From positions 352,001 to 416,000 of the forward strand of contig CAVXRD010000001.1 of NCBI GenBank assembly GCA_963764165.1: a DNA stretch of 64,000 nt, written 5' to 3'. This document shows positions 9,928 through 21,773 of this stretch, one piece after another. The position numbers were made by a program, and so were the translations under genes. This stretch comes from an uncultured Verrucomicrobiae bacterium (GTDB lineage Bacteria > Verrucomicrobiota > Verrucomicrobiia > Limisphaerales > Palsa-1400). The notes below the pieces were generated by a model that saw nothing but the letters and a program-made list of their open reading frames with translations, made no database searches and was not told the DNA's origin. Each line of letters opens with the position of its first letter. Position 1 is the first letter of the stretch.

Positions 9928-10557
9928 CTACTTTTCCCGCGCGTAGGTGATTTCCATGACTTTGACCTCTTTGCCAGCCTGAATTTGAAAAAATTCCATC
10001 ATGCGGTGGTCTTTGTCCAAGGCCTTTACCTTTTGGCGCATCTTCATTGTAACGCCGGGCATCGGCTGTTCGTCGCCTTCGTAGGTCAGTGTCTTGGTGG
10101 CCGGATCGTAGGTGCCTTCCAGCAACATGATGCCCGTGCCCATGTTATCGATCCACGACGCCACATATTTCTTCTTGGTGTTGTCGTAACCCTCAGTGGC
10201 CATGCCTTCGTATTTCGCGTCCATCGGCTTCCCATCCGGCCCGGGCACGGACATTTTGCCGCTGTTTTCGGAAATGAAATACCGGCCGTCCATCACGGAT
10301 TTGGTGACGCTCACGCCGCTGGCCTCCATGGGCGGGGCGTCCGGGCTCATCCACCATTTGACTTTGTATTTCCAGGTGCCGACCGCTTCCTCCAGCGTCT
10401 TATGGTTTTCGCCGGGCTTTGCCATTTCCGCCATGGCCGCCATCGCCTGGGCTTCGGGGCCGCCGGCTGGCTTGGCGTCCTGGGCTGCAACAACAGCGCT
10501 CAAGGCCAGGGTCAATAACGAAGTGGTCAAGTGAATTGAAAATTGGACATTCTTCAT
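9928..10557 (-). CDS. DUF1579-family exported protein
   Basis: Signal peptide; PGENHKTLEEAVGTW...GYDNTKKKYVASWIDNMGTG. Confidence 0.8.
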   Translation of the reverse strand: MKNVQFSIHLTTSLLTLALSAVVAAQDAKPAGGPEAQAMAAMAEMAKPGENHKTLEEAVGTWKYKVKWWMSPDAPPMEASGVSVTKSVMDGRYFISENSGKMSVPGPDGKPMDAKYEGMATEGYDNTKKKYVASWIDNMGTGIMLLEGTYDPATKTLTYEGDEQPMPGVTMKMRQKVKALDKDHRMMEFFQIQAGKEVKVMEITYAREK

Positions 10558-10724
10558 AATGCAATCTCCAGATTTATGGTCTTGGTTTGAAAAAGGAACG
10601 GCAACAACCCATTCACTCGCACGAGGGCAGGTCGTCGGTATCGTTCGGGCGAAACGGAGCATACGCCGTTCTTCGGAAGCGTAAAGCAAAAATTCGGCGA
10701 CAACGGGGCTGCCCCGCAACATAA

Positions 10725-12932
<2,208 letters not shown>

Positions 12933-13304
12933 AATTAAACAGGAGTTTTCATGGACTGCGTCCACCACCCATGATGAAAAGCTGTTTTCACGGGAGAAAA
13001 TACGAGGAAGCGCAGGTAAAAGGATTCCTCGCCGTTTTTTCAGCGGGATTCGGTGCTCTTCTGAAACTGCATTGAACACCTGTCCGCAAATCCCGAAGGG
13101 ATTGTTTGGCGGGCTGACGCCGCATTCCGGGAAGACTTCACCTCTGCGCCCTCGGTCCTCCTCTTGTTCCAATCTTTTCAGTCCTGCACGCACTGTAAAA
13201 CAAACCATATTTGCTTGCGCGACGGGCACAGAGGTTGCACTATCACTCCTGCAATCGCTGGCAAGGAATTGAGCACCCTTGTCGACAGCAGCGAGCAGGA
13301 TTAG

Positions 13305-14645
13305 ATGAGCAAAACAACATTTGCAGTCGCAGCATCCCGCGGCGGCTTTATGGCTGTCTTGGCATTCCTTGGTCTTGGCGTTGTGCCGTTAACAACGTTG
13401 GGTGAGCCTTCGCTGGGCAAGCCCATTATTCCCCCACCCCCATCCACAGCGCCACGGTCTGCCGCTGCGGCGAAGCCAGCGACGAACCACCTTGAACTGA
13501 CCGCCAGCCAAGTCGCCCTGACCGATGCCAACACCGGCTTCGCGTTTGGGTTGCTTCAGCAAATTTCCGCGGAAAACCCCGGGGCGAACATTTTCATTTC
13601 GCCCTACAGCGCTTCGACCGCGCTGGAAATGGTGTCGCTTGGAGCCGCAGGAGAAACGCTCATTCAATTCCAACAAACGCTCGGCCTCACGAATCTTGAA
13701 ACATCCGCGCTCGAGACGGCCAGCAAGGCCAACGCCTCCATCGTCAGCGCCAAAAGCTCCAGCTTCCTTCTCTCCACGGCAAATTCGGTCTGGTATAAAA
13801 AAGGCCTGAAGGTCAACCCTGAGTTCTTGAAGGAGAACGAATCGTATTTCGGCGCGAAAGTTGAGGCGCTCAATTTCCTAAACCCGACCGCTTCCCACAC
13901 CATCAATTCCTGGGCTTCGCAGGCAACCCACGGCGAAGTCAAGGATATCGTCGCCTCGCTGGATCCCCGCACGCAGATGATTCTAGCCAACGCCGTTTAC
14001 TTCCGCGGCTCGTGGCAAACCGCGTTTGATCCCAAGCAAACCAGCATCCAGCCGTTTTATACGGAAGGCGGCGGACAGGTCCCGGCGCATATGATGTCGC
14101 AAACGGGCACTTACAATTACTCAGCCGTGAACGGCTATCAGGCCATCGAGCTTCCCTACAAAGGGGGCGATATGGCCATGTATGTTTTTCTTCCCGGACC
14201 TGGAACGAACGTGCAGGATTTTGTGAATCTGATGAGCGGATCGTGGTGGCAGCAAACTGTTCCTTCCGCGTTTTCACCGATGCAAGGCACGATTGATCTG
14301 CCCAAATTCAGCCTGAATTTTTCGGTCGGCATGATTCCGGCGCTGGAATCCATGGGCATCACCAACGCCTTTTCGAGTGAGGCGGCTGATTTCAGCGGCA
14401 TCACCACGACAGAACAGCTCTACATCTCGCAGGTCAACCAGCAAGCCGTTGTCGAAGTCGACGAAAAAGGAACGGTAGCCGCCGCCGTCACGACAGTCAC
14501 CGTGGCAGCCGGCGCGGTTCCTCAGCCAGGCACGCCTTTTGTCATGAACGTTGACCGCCCATTCGTATTTTTCATCGAGGACTTGCAAACGAAAACGGTT
14601 TTGTTCTCGGGAACGGTGCTTAATCCGAGCGCGGCGGGGAATTGA
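13305..14645 (+). CDS. Secreted serpin (serine protease inhibitor)
   Basis: NIFISPYS, ANAVYFRGSW, LPKF, hinge EKGTVAAAVT, VDRPFVFFI; hydrophobic N-terminus and Pro-rich linker. Confidence 0.93.
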   Translation: MSKTTFAVAASRGGFMAVLAFLGLGVVPLTTLGEPSLGKPIIPPPPSTAPRSAAAAKPATNHLELTASQVALTDANTGFAFGLLQQISAENPGANIFISPYSASTALEMVSLGAAGETLIQFQQTLGLTNLETSALETASKANASIVSAKSSSFLLSTANSVWYKKGLKVNPEFLKENESYFGAKVEALNFLNPTASHTINSWASQATHGEVKDIVASLDPRTQMILANAVYFRGSWQTAFDPKQTSIQPFYTEGGGQVPAHMMSQTGTYNYSAVNGYQAIELPYKGGDMAMYVFLPGPGTNVQDFVNLMSGSWWQQTVPSAFSPMQGTIDLPKFSLNFSVGMIPALESMGITNAFSSEAADFSGITTTEQLYISQVNQQAVVEVDEKGTVAAAVTTVTVAAGAVPQPGTPFVMNVDRPFVFFIEDLQTKTVLFSGTVLNPSAAGN

Positions 14646-14704
14646 CTGAACTTCACGAAGTTTCTGCCCGTTTCCGCACCTCGTCACTCGCCGGCGCTGG
14701 CGAT

Positions 14705-16042
14705 TTACGAGGCGATTTCGAGAATAACGGGGTGGTCAGTCAACTGCAAAGTGACTCGGTCAAGCAGATCTTGCGCCCGCACAGCATCCGTGCCCACGGT
14801 CGGATCGTAGACTTTCACCGATCTGCCGCGGCCAAATTTTACTTCGACGCTGTTTGTGCCCTTCGTCAATTCGCTCCAGACGGCCAGAAAGAATTTTCCG
14901 CCGCTTTTTTGAAGGAGCATGTCATGCACCGTTTCCGCTTTGTTGGAAATGTCGCACGTCATCTTGCCCGGGCTTGCCAGCTTTCCGGAATCGGCGAGAA
15001 TAGAGGTTAAATTGTGCAGGTAAACGGCGGATTTTCGGGCGGTGGTGTAATCGCTTTTGTAAAATCCGCAGGAGCCATCCGGGTCATCCATCATCTCGTA
15101 GACAAAAGTGTATTTCCAGCCAGCCTGAAATTGATCGAGGAACATGTTCAGGAAAACTTTCCCCTGCGTGTCGTCGCCAGCGGGCGTGTTGTCCGTCCAC
15201 CAGCCTGTCTCGGTCGTCACCTTGGGCAGTGTTTCCAGCGCCGCCACCGGATAGCCCTGAAAATGCATGCGCCAGGTTCGCCCGTGATTTCCGAACAATC
15301 CATCGATCCCCGGAACATCCGCCGCTTCGGCTGCCTTGAATGGTTGATTGTCAATAAGACCTTTGAGATGGCCGCAGACGTAATTATGGACATTCGCAAA
15401 ATCGGCAAAGCGCGTTCCATCAGGCATCAGGCAATGCGCGCCGTTCGGGATCGTCAAGTATTGCAATCCGACATTGTCGATTTCCGCGCCCATTTCGCTC
15501 GAGCCGAAGACGGGGTATTTCTTGAGAGTCGCATCGCGTTTGACGGCGTTGTAAAGATCGCGCTGAAATCTCGCCACCGGAAGCCAGGTGCCATTGGTCA
15601 TTCCAGAATCCTGCCCCTGGTAATGCACGCCGCCGAAATTATTCGGCTCATTCGGGCCTTCAACCGCGAGCAGCGCGCCCGCATCCGCCAGAATTTTCGC
15701 GGCGGCGATGGTTTCGGTGAGAGCGCTATTGGTTGTCTTTGTGCGCTGATTGAGAAAGTGGTCTGACGCGCCGCTTCCAGGCCCGAAGGCCACCATGACT
15801 CCTGCATCGCTGTGAACCTTGAGAAGGCCGGAAATGTCGTAATTGCCGTCCGCCCCATCGCGAACATTCCGCACGCCGAGATATTTCAACGGCTCGACCA
15901 TTCTCGCGGCGTCGTAGCCGTGCTGGATGTGGACACAGACGCCGAGGGAATTGAGAAAATCGCTGGCGCTGGCGGCCGTGGTTTCGGCGCCTTGGGCCGC
16001 AGACGCAACGGATAACAAAAGCCCGAGGGCAACGCGATTCAT
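14705..16042 (-). CDS. Secreted glycoside-hydrolase-like protein (clan GH-A-like)
   Basis: Signal peptide; EGPNEP (acid/base-like), NVHNY, TTETG (nucleophile-like); C-terminal beta domain. Confidence 0.65.
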   Translation of the reverse strand: MNRVALGLLLSVASAAQGAETTAASASDFLNSLGVCVHIQHGYDAARMVEPLKYLGVRNVRDGADGNYDISGLLKVHSDAGVMVAFGPGSGASDHFLNQRTKTTNSALTETIAAAKILADAGALLAVEGPNEPNNFGGVHYQGQDSGMTNGTWLPVARFQRDLYNAVKRDATLKKYPVFGSSEMGAEIDNVGLQYLTIPNGAHCLMPDGTRFADFANVHNYVCGHLKGLIDNQPFKAAEAADVPGIDGLFGNHGRTWRMHFQGYPVAALETLPKVTTETGWWTDNTPAGDDTQGKVFLNMFLDQFQAGWKYTFVYEMMDDPDGSCGFYKSDYTTARKSAVYLHNLTSILADSGKLASPGKMTCDISNKAETVHDMLLQKSGGKFFLAVWSELTKGTNSVEVKFGRGRSVKVYDPTVGTDAVRAQDLLDRVTLQLTDHPVILEIAS

Positions 16043-16088
16043 GCTGGCAAGAATATTGGAAGCAAGCAAGCGATGCAACCCGCTAGAC

Positions 16089-16190
16089 GGAGCGCGGCTG
16101 TGTCGAAGACCAGCCGCAGCCACGTGGAATTGACCGACGCGCCTGGCAATGGAAACGCGCTGCGGCTGGTCTTCGACACAGCCGCGCCCC
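16089..16190. repeat. GGAG-type REP doublet (ggagcgcggctgtgtcgaagaccagccgcagc and its inverse)
   Basis: Inverted pair; same family at 32181-32362 and 41661-41812, degenerate copy near 2166-2200. Confidence 0.88.
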
Positions 16191-16199
16191 TTTCCAATT

Positions 16200-17999
16200 T
16201 TACTCTTTCTTCGGAAGTTTCACTTCCAGATACAAATCGCGCAATTGCCGCGCTTCAACTCCAGCCGGCGAGTCCGTCATTAAGTCGGCGCCTTTGGCGG
16301 TTTTGGGGAAGGCAATGACGTCGCGAATGCTGGGCGTTCCGCACAGAATGGCAATCAAGCGATCAAATCCCAGCGCAATGCCGCCGTGCGGCGGCGCGCC
16401 GTAGCGAAACGCTTCCAGCATGTAGCCGAACCGCGCCTTGACCAAATCCGGCGGAATTTGCAGCACCTGCTCGAATACGATCTTCTGCACTTCGGGCTGA
16501 TGAATTCGAATCGATCCCCCGCCCAACTCCACGCCGTTCACCACAATATCGTAATGCTGGCCGCGAACCTTTTTCGGATCGGTGGTGAGAAATTGAATAT
16601 CGTCCGCCACCGGTGCGGTGAACGGATGATGGCTGGAATACCAGCGGTTCTGTTCCTTGTCGAACGCGAGCAATGGAAAATCCACCACCCACAAAAAATC
16701 AAAACGATTCGGATCGATCGTTAGTTTCCCGCGTGTCCGCAAAATATCAGCGCAGTAAATGCGAATTTTTCCGAGAATTTCGCAGGCATTGAGCCATTGA
16801 TCGGCGGCGAACAAAATCAAGTCGCCTTCCTCGATCTTCAACTTTTCAACCAGCGCCGCTTTTTCCGTATCGTTGAAAAATTTGACTATGGGAGATTTCC
16901 ATTCGCCATTCTCCACCTTGATGTAAGCGAGGCCTTTCGCGCCAAAGCTCTTGGCGTATTCAGTCATCGTTTCGATCTGGCCCTGCGTCGCGTCGGCCAT
17001 GCCTTTGGCGTTGAGGGCTTTGACCGCGCCGCCGGCGGCAATTGCGCCGCTGAAAACCTTGAACGTGCTCTTGCGAAATTCCTCCGTGAAATCCACCAAC
17101 TCCATCCCGTAGCGGGTGTCCGGCTTGTCGATGCCGTAACGGTTCAGCGCCTCTTCAAATGAAATGCGCTTGAATGGCGTCGGAATTTCCATCCCCAGCG
17201 CCGTCTTCCAAATGCGCTTCAGCAAACCCTCGATCAAAAGGTAAATGTCCTCGCGCTCGATGAAAGACATCTCCAGATCGACTTGAGTGAATTCAGGCTG
17301 GCGATCGGCGCGCAAATCTTCATCTCGATAGCAGCGGGCCAGTTGAAAATATCGCTCCACACCACCGACCATGAGGATCTGTTTGAATTGCTGCGGCGAT
17401 TGCGGCAGCGCGTAAAATTTTCCGGGATGCACGCGGCTCGGCACCAAGAATTCGCGGGCGCCTTCGGGCGTGGATTTGAAAAGCGTCGGCGTCTCCACTT
17501 CCAGAAATCCCTGCTCGTCAAAATAGACGCGCGTGGCCGTGGCCACTTTGCTGCGCAGGCGAAGATTCCGCACCATTTCAGGCCGGCGCAAATCGAGGTA
17601 GCGATATTGCAGGCGCAATTCCTCGTTGACGTTCTTCGCGACCTCTGGGTCGTCCACTGGGAATGGCAGCACCTCCGCCATGTTCAGCACATCCAAGGTC
17701 TTGACGCCGATTTCGACTTCGCCCGTGGGAATCTTGGTGTTGTTTGTGCCAGCCGGGCGGGCGCGAACAACACCAGTCACCGTCACGACGCATTCGCTTC
17801 GCAGCGAGGCAGCGCGGTCAAAAAGCTCCTTGGCCAAATCCGACGGATCGAAAACGGTTTGGGTGCGCCCCTCGCGGTCACGAACGTCAATAAAGATTAA
17901 TCCGCCGAGATCCCGCCGCGAATGGACCCAGCCCGAGAGAGTTGCAGTCTGGCCAATGTGGGCCGGACGCAGCTCATTGCAGTGATGCGTGCGTTTCAT
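16200..17999 (-). CDS. aspS: Aspartate--tRNA ligase
   Basis: RTHHC, RLQYRYLDLRR, LPQSPQQFKQ, RDEDLRADRQPEFTQ, PPHGGIALGFDR. Confidence 0.97.
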   Translation of the reverse strand: MKRTHHCNELRPAHIGQTATLSGWVHSRRDLGGLIFIDVRDREGRTQTVFDPSDLAKELFDRAASLRSECVVTVTGVVRARPAGTNNTKIPTGEVEIGVKTLDVLNMAEVLPFPVDDPEVAKNVNEELRLQYRYLDLRRPEMVRNLRLRSKVATATRVYFDEQGFLEVETPTLFKSTPEGAREFLVPSRVHPGKFYALPQSPQQFKQILMVGGVERYFQLARCYRDEDLRADRQPEFTQVDLEMSFIEREDIYLLIEGLLKRIWKTALGMEIPTPFKRISFEEALNRYGIDKPDTRYGMELVDFTEEFRKSTFKVFSGAIAAGGAVKALNAKGMADATQGQIETMTEYAKSFGAKGLAYIKVENGEWKSPIVKFFNDTEKAALVEKLKIEEGDLILFAADQWLNACEILGKIRIYCADILRTRGKLTIDPNRFDFLWVVDFPLLAFDKEQNRWYSSHHPFTAPVADDIQFLTTDPKKVRGQHYDIVVNGVELGGGSIRIHQPEVQKIVFEQVLQIPPDLVKARFGYMLEAFRYGAPPHGGIALGFDRLIAILCGTPSIRDVIAFPKTAKGADLMTDSPAGVEARQLRDLYLEVKLPKKE

Positions 18000-18027
18000 T
18001 TGAACTGCGAAGGAAATTGCCGGGGCG

Positions 18028-18330
18028 CTAAATCTCGAAATCGAAAATCAAAATGTTTTCCACCAGGGGCGCGGCGCCGGTCTTGAAGCGTTCGTGCTCG
18101 GGGTGAACCAAATAAGCGTCGCGCGCCCCAATATCCGAAAAAGTCATGATATAGCCGTGAGTCATCCCTTGATTGGGCTCTCCCACGCTGCAATTCGTTC
18201 CCGAAACGTAGTCATCGATTCCCGGCACCGTCTCCGACAAATCCAGCACATCGTCGAAGAACTTCGTGATCAGGTCTTCGCCCGTGCCGTCTTTAAACTT
18301 CAAAAGGACAATATGTTTTACCTTAGACAT
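18028..18330 (-). CDS. Dabb-family stress-responsive A/B barrel protein
   Basis: VKHIVLLKFK, THG...F, YLVHPEH, FDF. Confidence 0.88.
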   Translation of the reverse strand: MSKVKHIVLLKFKDGTGEDLITKFFDDVLDLSETVPGIDDYVSGTNCSVGEPNQGMTHGYIMTFSDIGARDAYLVHPEHERFKTGAAPLVENILIFDFEI

Positions 18331-18336
18331 GGGGTT

Positions 18337-18364
18337 AACTTAGTTTTTTTTGCCGCTGGCTCAA
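18337..18364 (-). promoter_or_regulatory. Sigma70-like promoter, probably leaderless
   Basis: TTGAGC-16 bp-TAAGTT-6 nt-ATG(18330). Confidence 0.5.
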
Positions 18365-18548
18365 GCCTTATTCTCATAATTCATGCGTCCCGGAAAGCAC
18401 GTCCGAAAGCCACTTCCCGGTTTTTCGCCTCAAAAATCGTTGCGTGCTATTGCGCCCTGTTGCGCCTTGATTTTTGATCACGTAAATTGCGCCTTCCGAA
18501 CTCGGGAAAAGTGGCCGGAGCCGTTTTCGGGGGTTGGGATGCATCAAA

Positions 18549-18620
18549 AATATTGGGGCGGCGACGCAGCACCGCCCCGCCTCAATTGGCAGGGCGGACC
18601 TGCGTGTCCGCCCCAATATT
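18549..18620. repeat. REP-like palindromic doublet
   Basis: aatattggggcgg ... ccgccccaatatt enclosing two GC hairpins. Confidence 0.65.
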
Positions 18621-18699
18621 CTCCCCGCCTCCGGACACGCCCCCGCCGCTCGCTTTGTTTCTCGCTTGCGACTCCTTCCACGATACAATCGCTAATCGC

Positions 18700-19725
18700 G
18701 TGCCTACTCTGCTGGCCATTGAAACGTCCTGTGATGAAACGAGCGCTGCTGTCATTTGTGATGGCGTGGTGCTCGCCAATGTCGTTTCTTCGCAAACGGC
18801 CATTCATGCGGAGTATGGCGGCGTGGTTCCAGAATTGGCGGCGCGGGAACATTTGCGCAATCTGCTCCCGGTGACGCGGGAAGCGATGCGGCTCGCCCAT
18901 ATTTCACCGCGGGATTTGGATGCGGTCGCGGCCACGCGCGGGCCGGGTTTGCCCAACGCCCTGCTCGCCGGCCTCAAAGCGGCCGAGACACTCGCCTACA
19001 CCTTGCGCAAGCCGATGCTCGGCATTCACCATCACGAAGCGCATCTTTACTCGCCCTGGATCACCGGCGAGCCTCCGCGTTTTGATGCAGCGAGTTTCGA
19101 GCCGTCCGTTTCGCTGATTGTCAGCGGCGGGCACACGCTGCTGGTCCTGGTGCGCAATATGTTTGACCACCGCGTCCTTGGCTCGACGGTCGATGATGCG
19201 GCGGGAGAATGTTTCGACAAGACCGGAAAATTGATGGGTTTGGTGTATCCGGCGGGTCCGGAAATTGACCGACTTGCGGCGCAGGGAAATCCCAAAGCGT
19301 TTGCATTCCCGCGCCCGATGATTCATGAACCGCACGATAATTTCAGCTTCGCGGGCTTGAAGACGTCCGTGCGCTATTTTCTCCAGAAGCAGCCTGCCCT
19401 GCTCGATGACCCAAAAACCTTGCGCGATGTCTGCGCCAGCGTGCAGGCCGCAATCGTCGAAGTGCTCGTCACAAAAGCGATTCGGGCGGCGATGCGCCAC
19501 GCCGTTCCGTGCGTGACTGCTTCCGGCGGGGTGGCGTGCAACAGCGCGTTGCGGCGCGAATTGGAGTCCGCCGCCAGGAAGGCCGGCCTGCGCTGCCGCT
19601 TCTCCGACAGAAAGTTTTCGACTGACAACGCCGCGATGATCGGTATTTTGGCCGAGCGCAAGTTGATGGCCGGCCTGGCGGAAATTCCGCTGGACACTGA
19701 GATCGAGCCGGGCTGGGCCCTTTGA
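18700..19725 (+). CDS. tsaD: tRNA N6-adenosine threonylcarbamoyltransferase
   Basis: LAIETSCDET, GGVVPELAAREH, HHEAH, SGGHT, DDAAGECFDK, TDNAAMI; GTG start chosen. Confidence 0.95.
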   Translation: MPTLLAIETSCDETSAAVICDGVVLANVVSSQTAIHAEYGGVVPELAAREHLRNLLPVTREAMRLAHISPRDLDAVAATRGPGLPNALLAGLKAAETLAYTLRKPMLGIHHHEAHLYSPWITGEPPRFDAASFEPSVSLIVSGGHTLLVLVRNMFDHRVLGSTVDDAAGECFDKTGKLMGLVYPAGPEIDRLAAQGNPKAFAFPRPMIHEPHDNFSFAGLKTSVRYFLQKQPALLDDPKTLRDVCASVQAAIVEVLVTKAIRAAMRHAVPCVTASGGVACNSALRRELESAARKAGLRCRFSDRKFSTDNAAMIGILAERKLMAGLAEIPLDTEIEPGWAL

Positions 19726-19740
19726 TTTGCCACCAATTAC

Positions 19741-21105
19741 ATGAAAGCCGTATTGCAATATATCGAGGACCACAAGAAACGCTTTGTGGATGAGCTGTGC
19801 GAATATCTCCGTTTTCCTAGCGTGTCCGCCCAGGAGCAGCACAAGCCGGACATGGCCGCTTGCGCCGAGTGGCTTGTCAAACATTGCCGGAACATCGGCC
19901 TGGAAGCGGAAATCCGCCCGACCGCCGGCCATCCCATCGTCCTCGCGAAGACAAAGCGCACGGGCAAGCCGGCTTATCTCGTTTACGGTCATTACGATGT
20001 CCAGCCGCCGGAGCCGTTTGAATTGTGGAAAACGCCGCCCTTTGAGCCGCGCATCGAAGGCCGCTCGCTTTTCGCGCGCGGCTCGTGCGACAACAAAGGC
20101 CAAAATCTCGCCCACCTGATCGCCGTCGAAGCTTACTGCAAGACGAACACGGAGCTTCCGTGCGACTTGACCTTCCTGATTGAGGGCGAAGAGGAAGTCG
20201 GCAGCAAACACCTCGAAGAATTCCTCAAGGCCAATAAAAAAGAGCTGGCGTGCGAAGCGGTCGTCATATCCGACACGGGCATGCCGAGCATCAAACATCC
20301 GGCGCTGACGTATGCGTTGCGCGGAATCATGGCTTGCGAAATCACGCTGCATGGGCCGTCGCGCGATCTGCATTCCGGTATTTTTGGCGGCACGGTCGAT
20401 AATCCGGCCATGGCCTTGAGCCAGATGCTCGCCAAATTGCGCGATAAAAACGGACGCGTCGCCATTCCGGGCTTTTACGACGATGTCGAAAAGCTCTCGG
20501 CTTATGAGCGCCAGCAGGCGGCGAAAATTCCAATGACGGAAGCGCAGTATAAAAAGCTGATGGGCGTCCAGCAATTGTTTGGCGAGCGCGGATTCACGTT
20601 CGTCGAACAGCGGAGCGCGCGTCCGACCATCGAAATCAATGGCTTGACCAGCGGTTATCAAGGCGAAGGCAGCAAGACGATCGTGCCCTCCTGGGCGCGG
20701 GCCAAACTCACTTTCCGCCTTGTGCCGAACCAAAAGCCGGAAAAAATCCGCAAATTAATCTTGAATCATTTGAAGGATATTTGCCCGCCGACAGTTCGGA
20801 TGGAAGCAACCTCGGGCCACGGTGGCGAGCCTTATTTGGTTTCGCCCAAAAGTCCAATGGCGCAAGCAGCGCTGCGGACGTTGAAGGAAGCGTTCGGCAG
20901 CGAGCCCATCATGATGCGCGAAGGCGGCTCCATTCCGATTGTAAACCAATTCAAGAAAGTGCTCGGCGCTGACTCGCTCCTGCTTGGCCTATCCCTGCCG
21001 GACGACAACGCGCATTCGCCGAACGAGAAATTTAATTTGGATTGCTTCGAGAACGGCGCGCGCATGGGGGCTTTGTTGTGGCAGGAACTGGCGAAGCTGG
21101 GATAA
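19741..21105 (+). CDS. M20/M25/M40 metallopeptidase (ArgE/DapE-like dipeptidase)
   Basis: YGHYDVQP, ARGSCDNKG, EGEEEVGS, DLHSG, REGGSIP, HSPNE. Confidence 0.93.
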   Translation: MKAVLQYIEDHKKRFVDELCEYLRFPSVSAQEQHKPDMAACAEWLVKHCRNIGLEAEIRPTAGHPIVLAKTKRTGKPAYLVYGHYDVQPPEPFELWKTPPFEPRIEGRSLFARGSCDNKGQNLAHLIAVEAYCKTNTELPCDLTFLIEGEEEVGSKHLEEFLKANKKELACEAVVISDTGMPSIKHPALTYALRGIMACEITLHGPSRDLHSGIFGGTVDNPAMALSQMLAKLRDKNGRVAIPGFYDDVEKLSAYERQQAAKIPMTEAQYKKLMGVQQLFGERGFTFVEQRSARPTIEINGLTSGYQGEGSKTIVPSWARAKLTFRLVPNQKPEKIRKLILNHLKDICPPTVRMEATSGHGGEPYLVSPKSPMAQAALRTLKEAFGSEPIMMREGGSIPIVNQFKKVLGADSLLLGLSLPDDNAHSPNEKFNLDCFENGARMGALLWQELAKLG

Positions 21106-21106
21106 A

Positions 21107-21182
21107 GGCAGGGTCGCCGGGGCGTCCGGGTCGCGGCATTATATGTGCGCCGGTCCGGACGCCTCGGCGAGGCGTCCCTGCC
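21107..21182. repeat. GTAG/GCAG-type REP doublet
   Basis: ggcagggtcgcc...ggacgcctcggcgaggcgtccctgcc. Confidence 0.8.
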
Positions 21183-21197
21183 TATGATGCTTCATCG

Positions 21198-21226
21198 TTG
21201 CGCTGAAATGCGTTTCATATCATAAT
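21198..21226 (+). promoter_or_regulatory. Sigma70-like promoter, probably leaderless
   Basis: TTGCGC-17 bp-CATAAT-6 nt-ATG(21233). Confidence 0.55.
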
Positions 21227-21232
21227 TCGCTT

Positions 21233-21511
21233 ATGGCAGTACCAACGGTTCCCGTCACATTGTCACCTGAGCAATTGGATGTGCTGAACAAGCAGCTTTC
21301 CCACATGCGCCATGAAATCAATAACCAGCTCTCGCTGATTGTCGCGGCGCTGGAACTGGTGCGCTTCAAGCCGGATATGCGCGAGCGCCTGCTGGAGACG
21401 ATGAGCCAGCAGCCTCCAAAAATCACCGCCGAAGTTGCCAAGTTTTCCGAGGAATTCGAACGCGCCTTCGGCATCACCCGCGACAGCGCTTCGGCGAAGG
21501 GTTTCTTTTGA
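21233..21511 (+). CDS. Small protein resembling a stand-alone HisKA (H-box) helical hairpin
   Basis: LSHMRHEINNQLSLIVAALEL; 92 aa, no ATPase domain. Confidence 0.65.
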   Translation: MAVPTVPVTLSPEQLDVLNKQLSHMRHEINNQLSLIVAALELVRFKPDMRERLLETMSQQPPKITAEVAKFSEEFERAFGITRDSASAKGFF

Positions 21512-21530
21512 GCCAAATCATTATTTCTAT

Positions 21531-21773
21531 ATGACAAAAACAGTCAGGACTTTGATCGTTTCAGCCGCCATGTCGGGATTGGTCGCCGGGGCCGTTGTCA
21601 GCGGTGGCTGTAATTCAAAGAAAGATTCCGGCGCAACCGCTGCGAGCCCATCGTCGGACAAGCACGATTGCAGAGGGATGAATAGCTGCAAAGGCAAGGG
21701 CGGCTGCAACAGCGGCGACATGGGCTGCAAAGGCAAGAACACCTGCAAGGGGAAAGGCGGCTGCAAAATGTGA
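21531..21773 (+). CDS. Cys-rich exported peptide, BufA2/bufferin-precursor-like
   Basis: Signal or lipoprotein leader (VSGGC), then CRGMNSCKGKGGC...CKGKNTCKGKGGC. Confidence 0.7.
   Translation: MTKTVRTLIVSAAMSGLVAGAVVSGGCNSKKDSGATAASPSSDKHDCRGMNSCKGKGGCNSGDMGCKGKNTCKGKGGCKM

Noticed and set aside
8692..10518. 608-aa + strand ORF
   Set aside because: Antisense shadow of the ABC ATPase and DUF1579 genes; no motifs; expected from GC-rich codon bias
18904..20733. 609-aa - strand ORF
   Set aside because: Antisense to tsaD and the M20 peptidase; no recognisable domain
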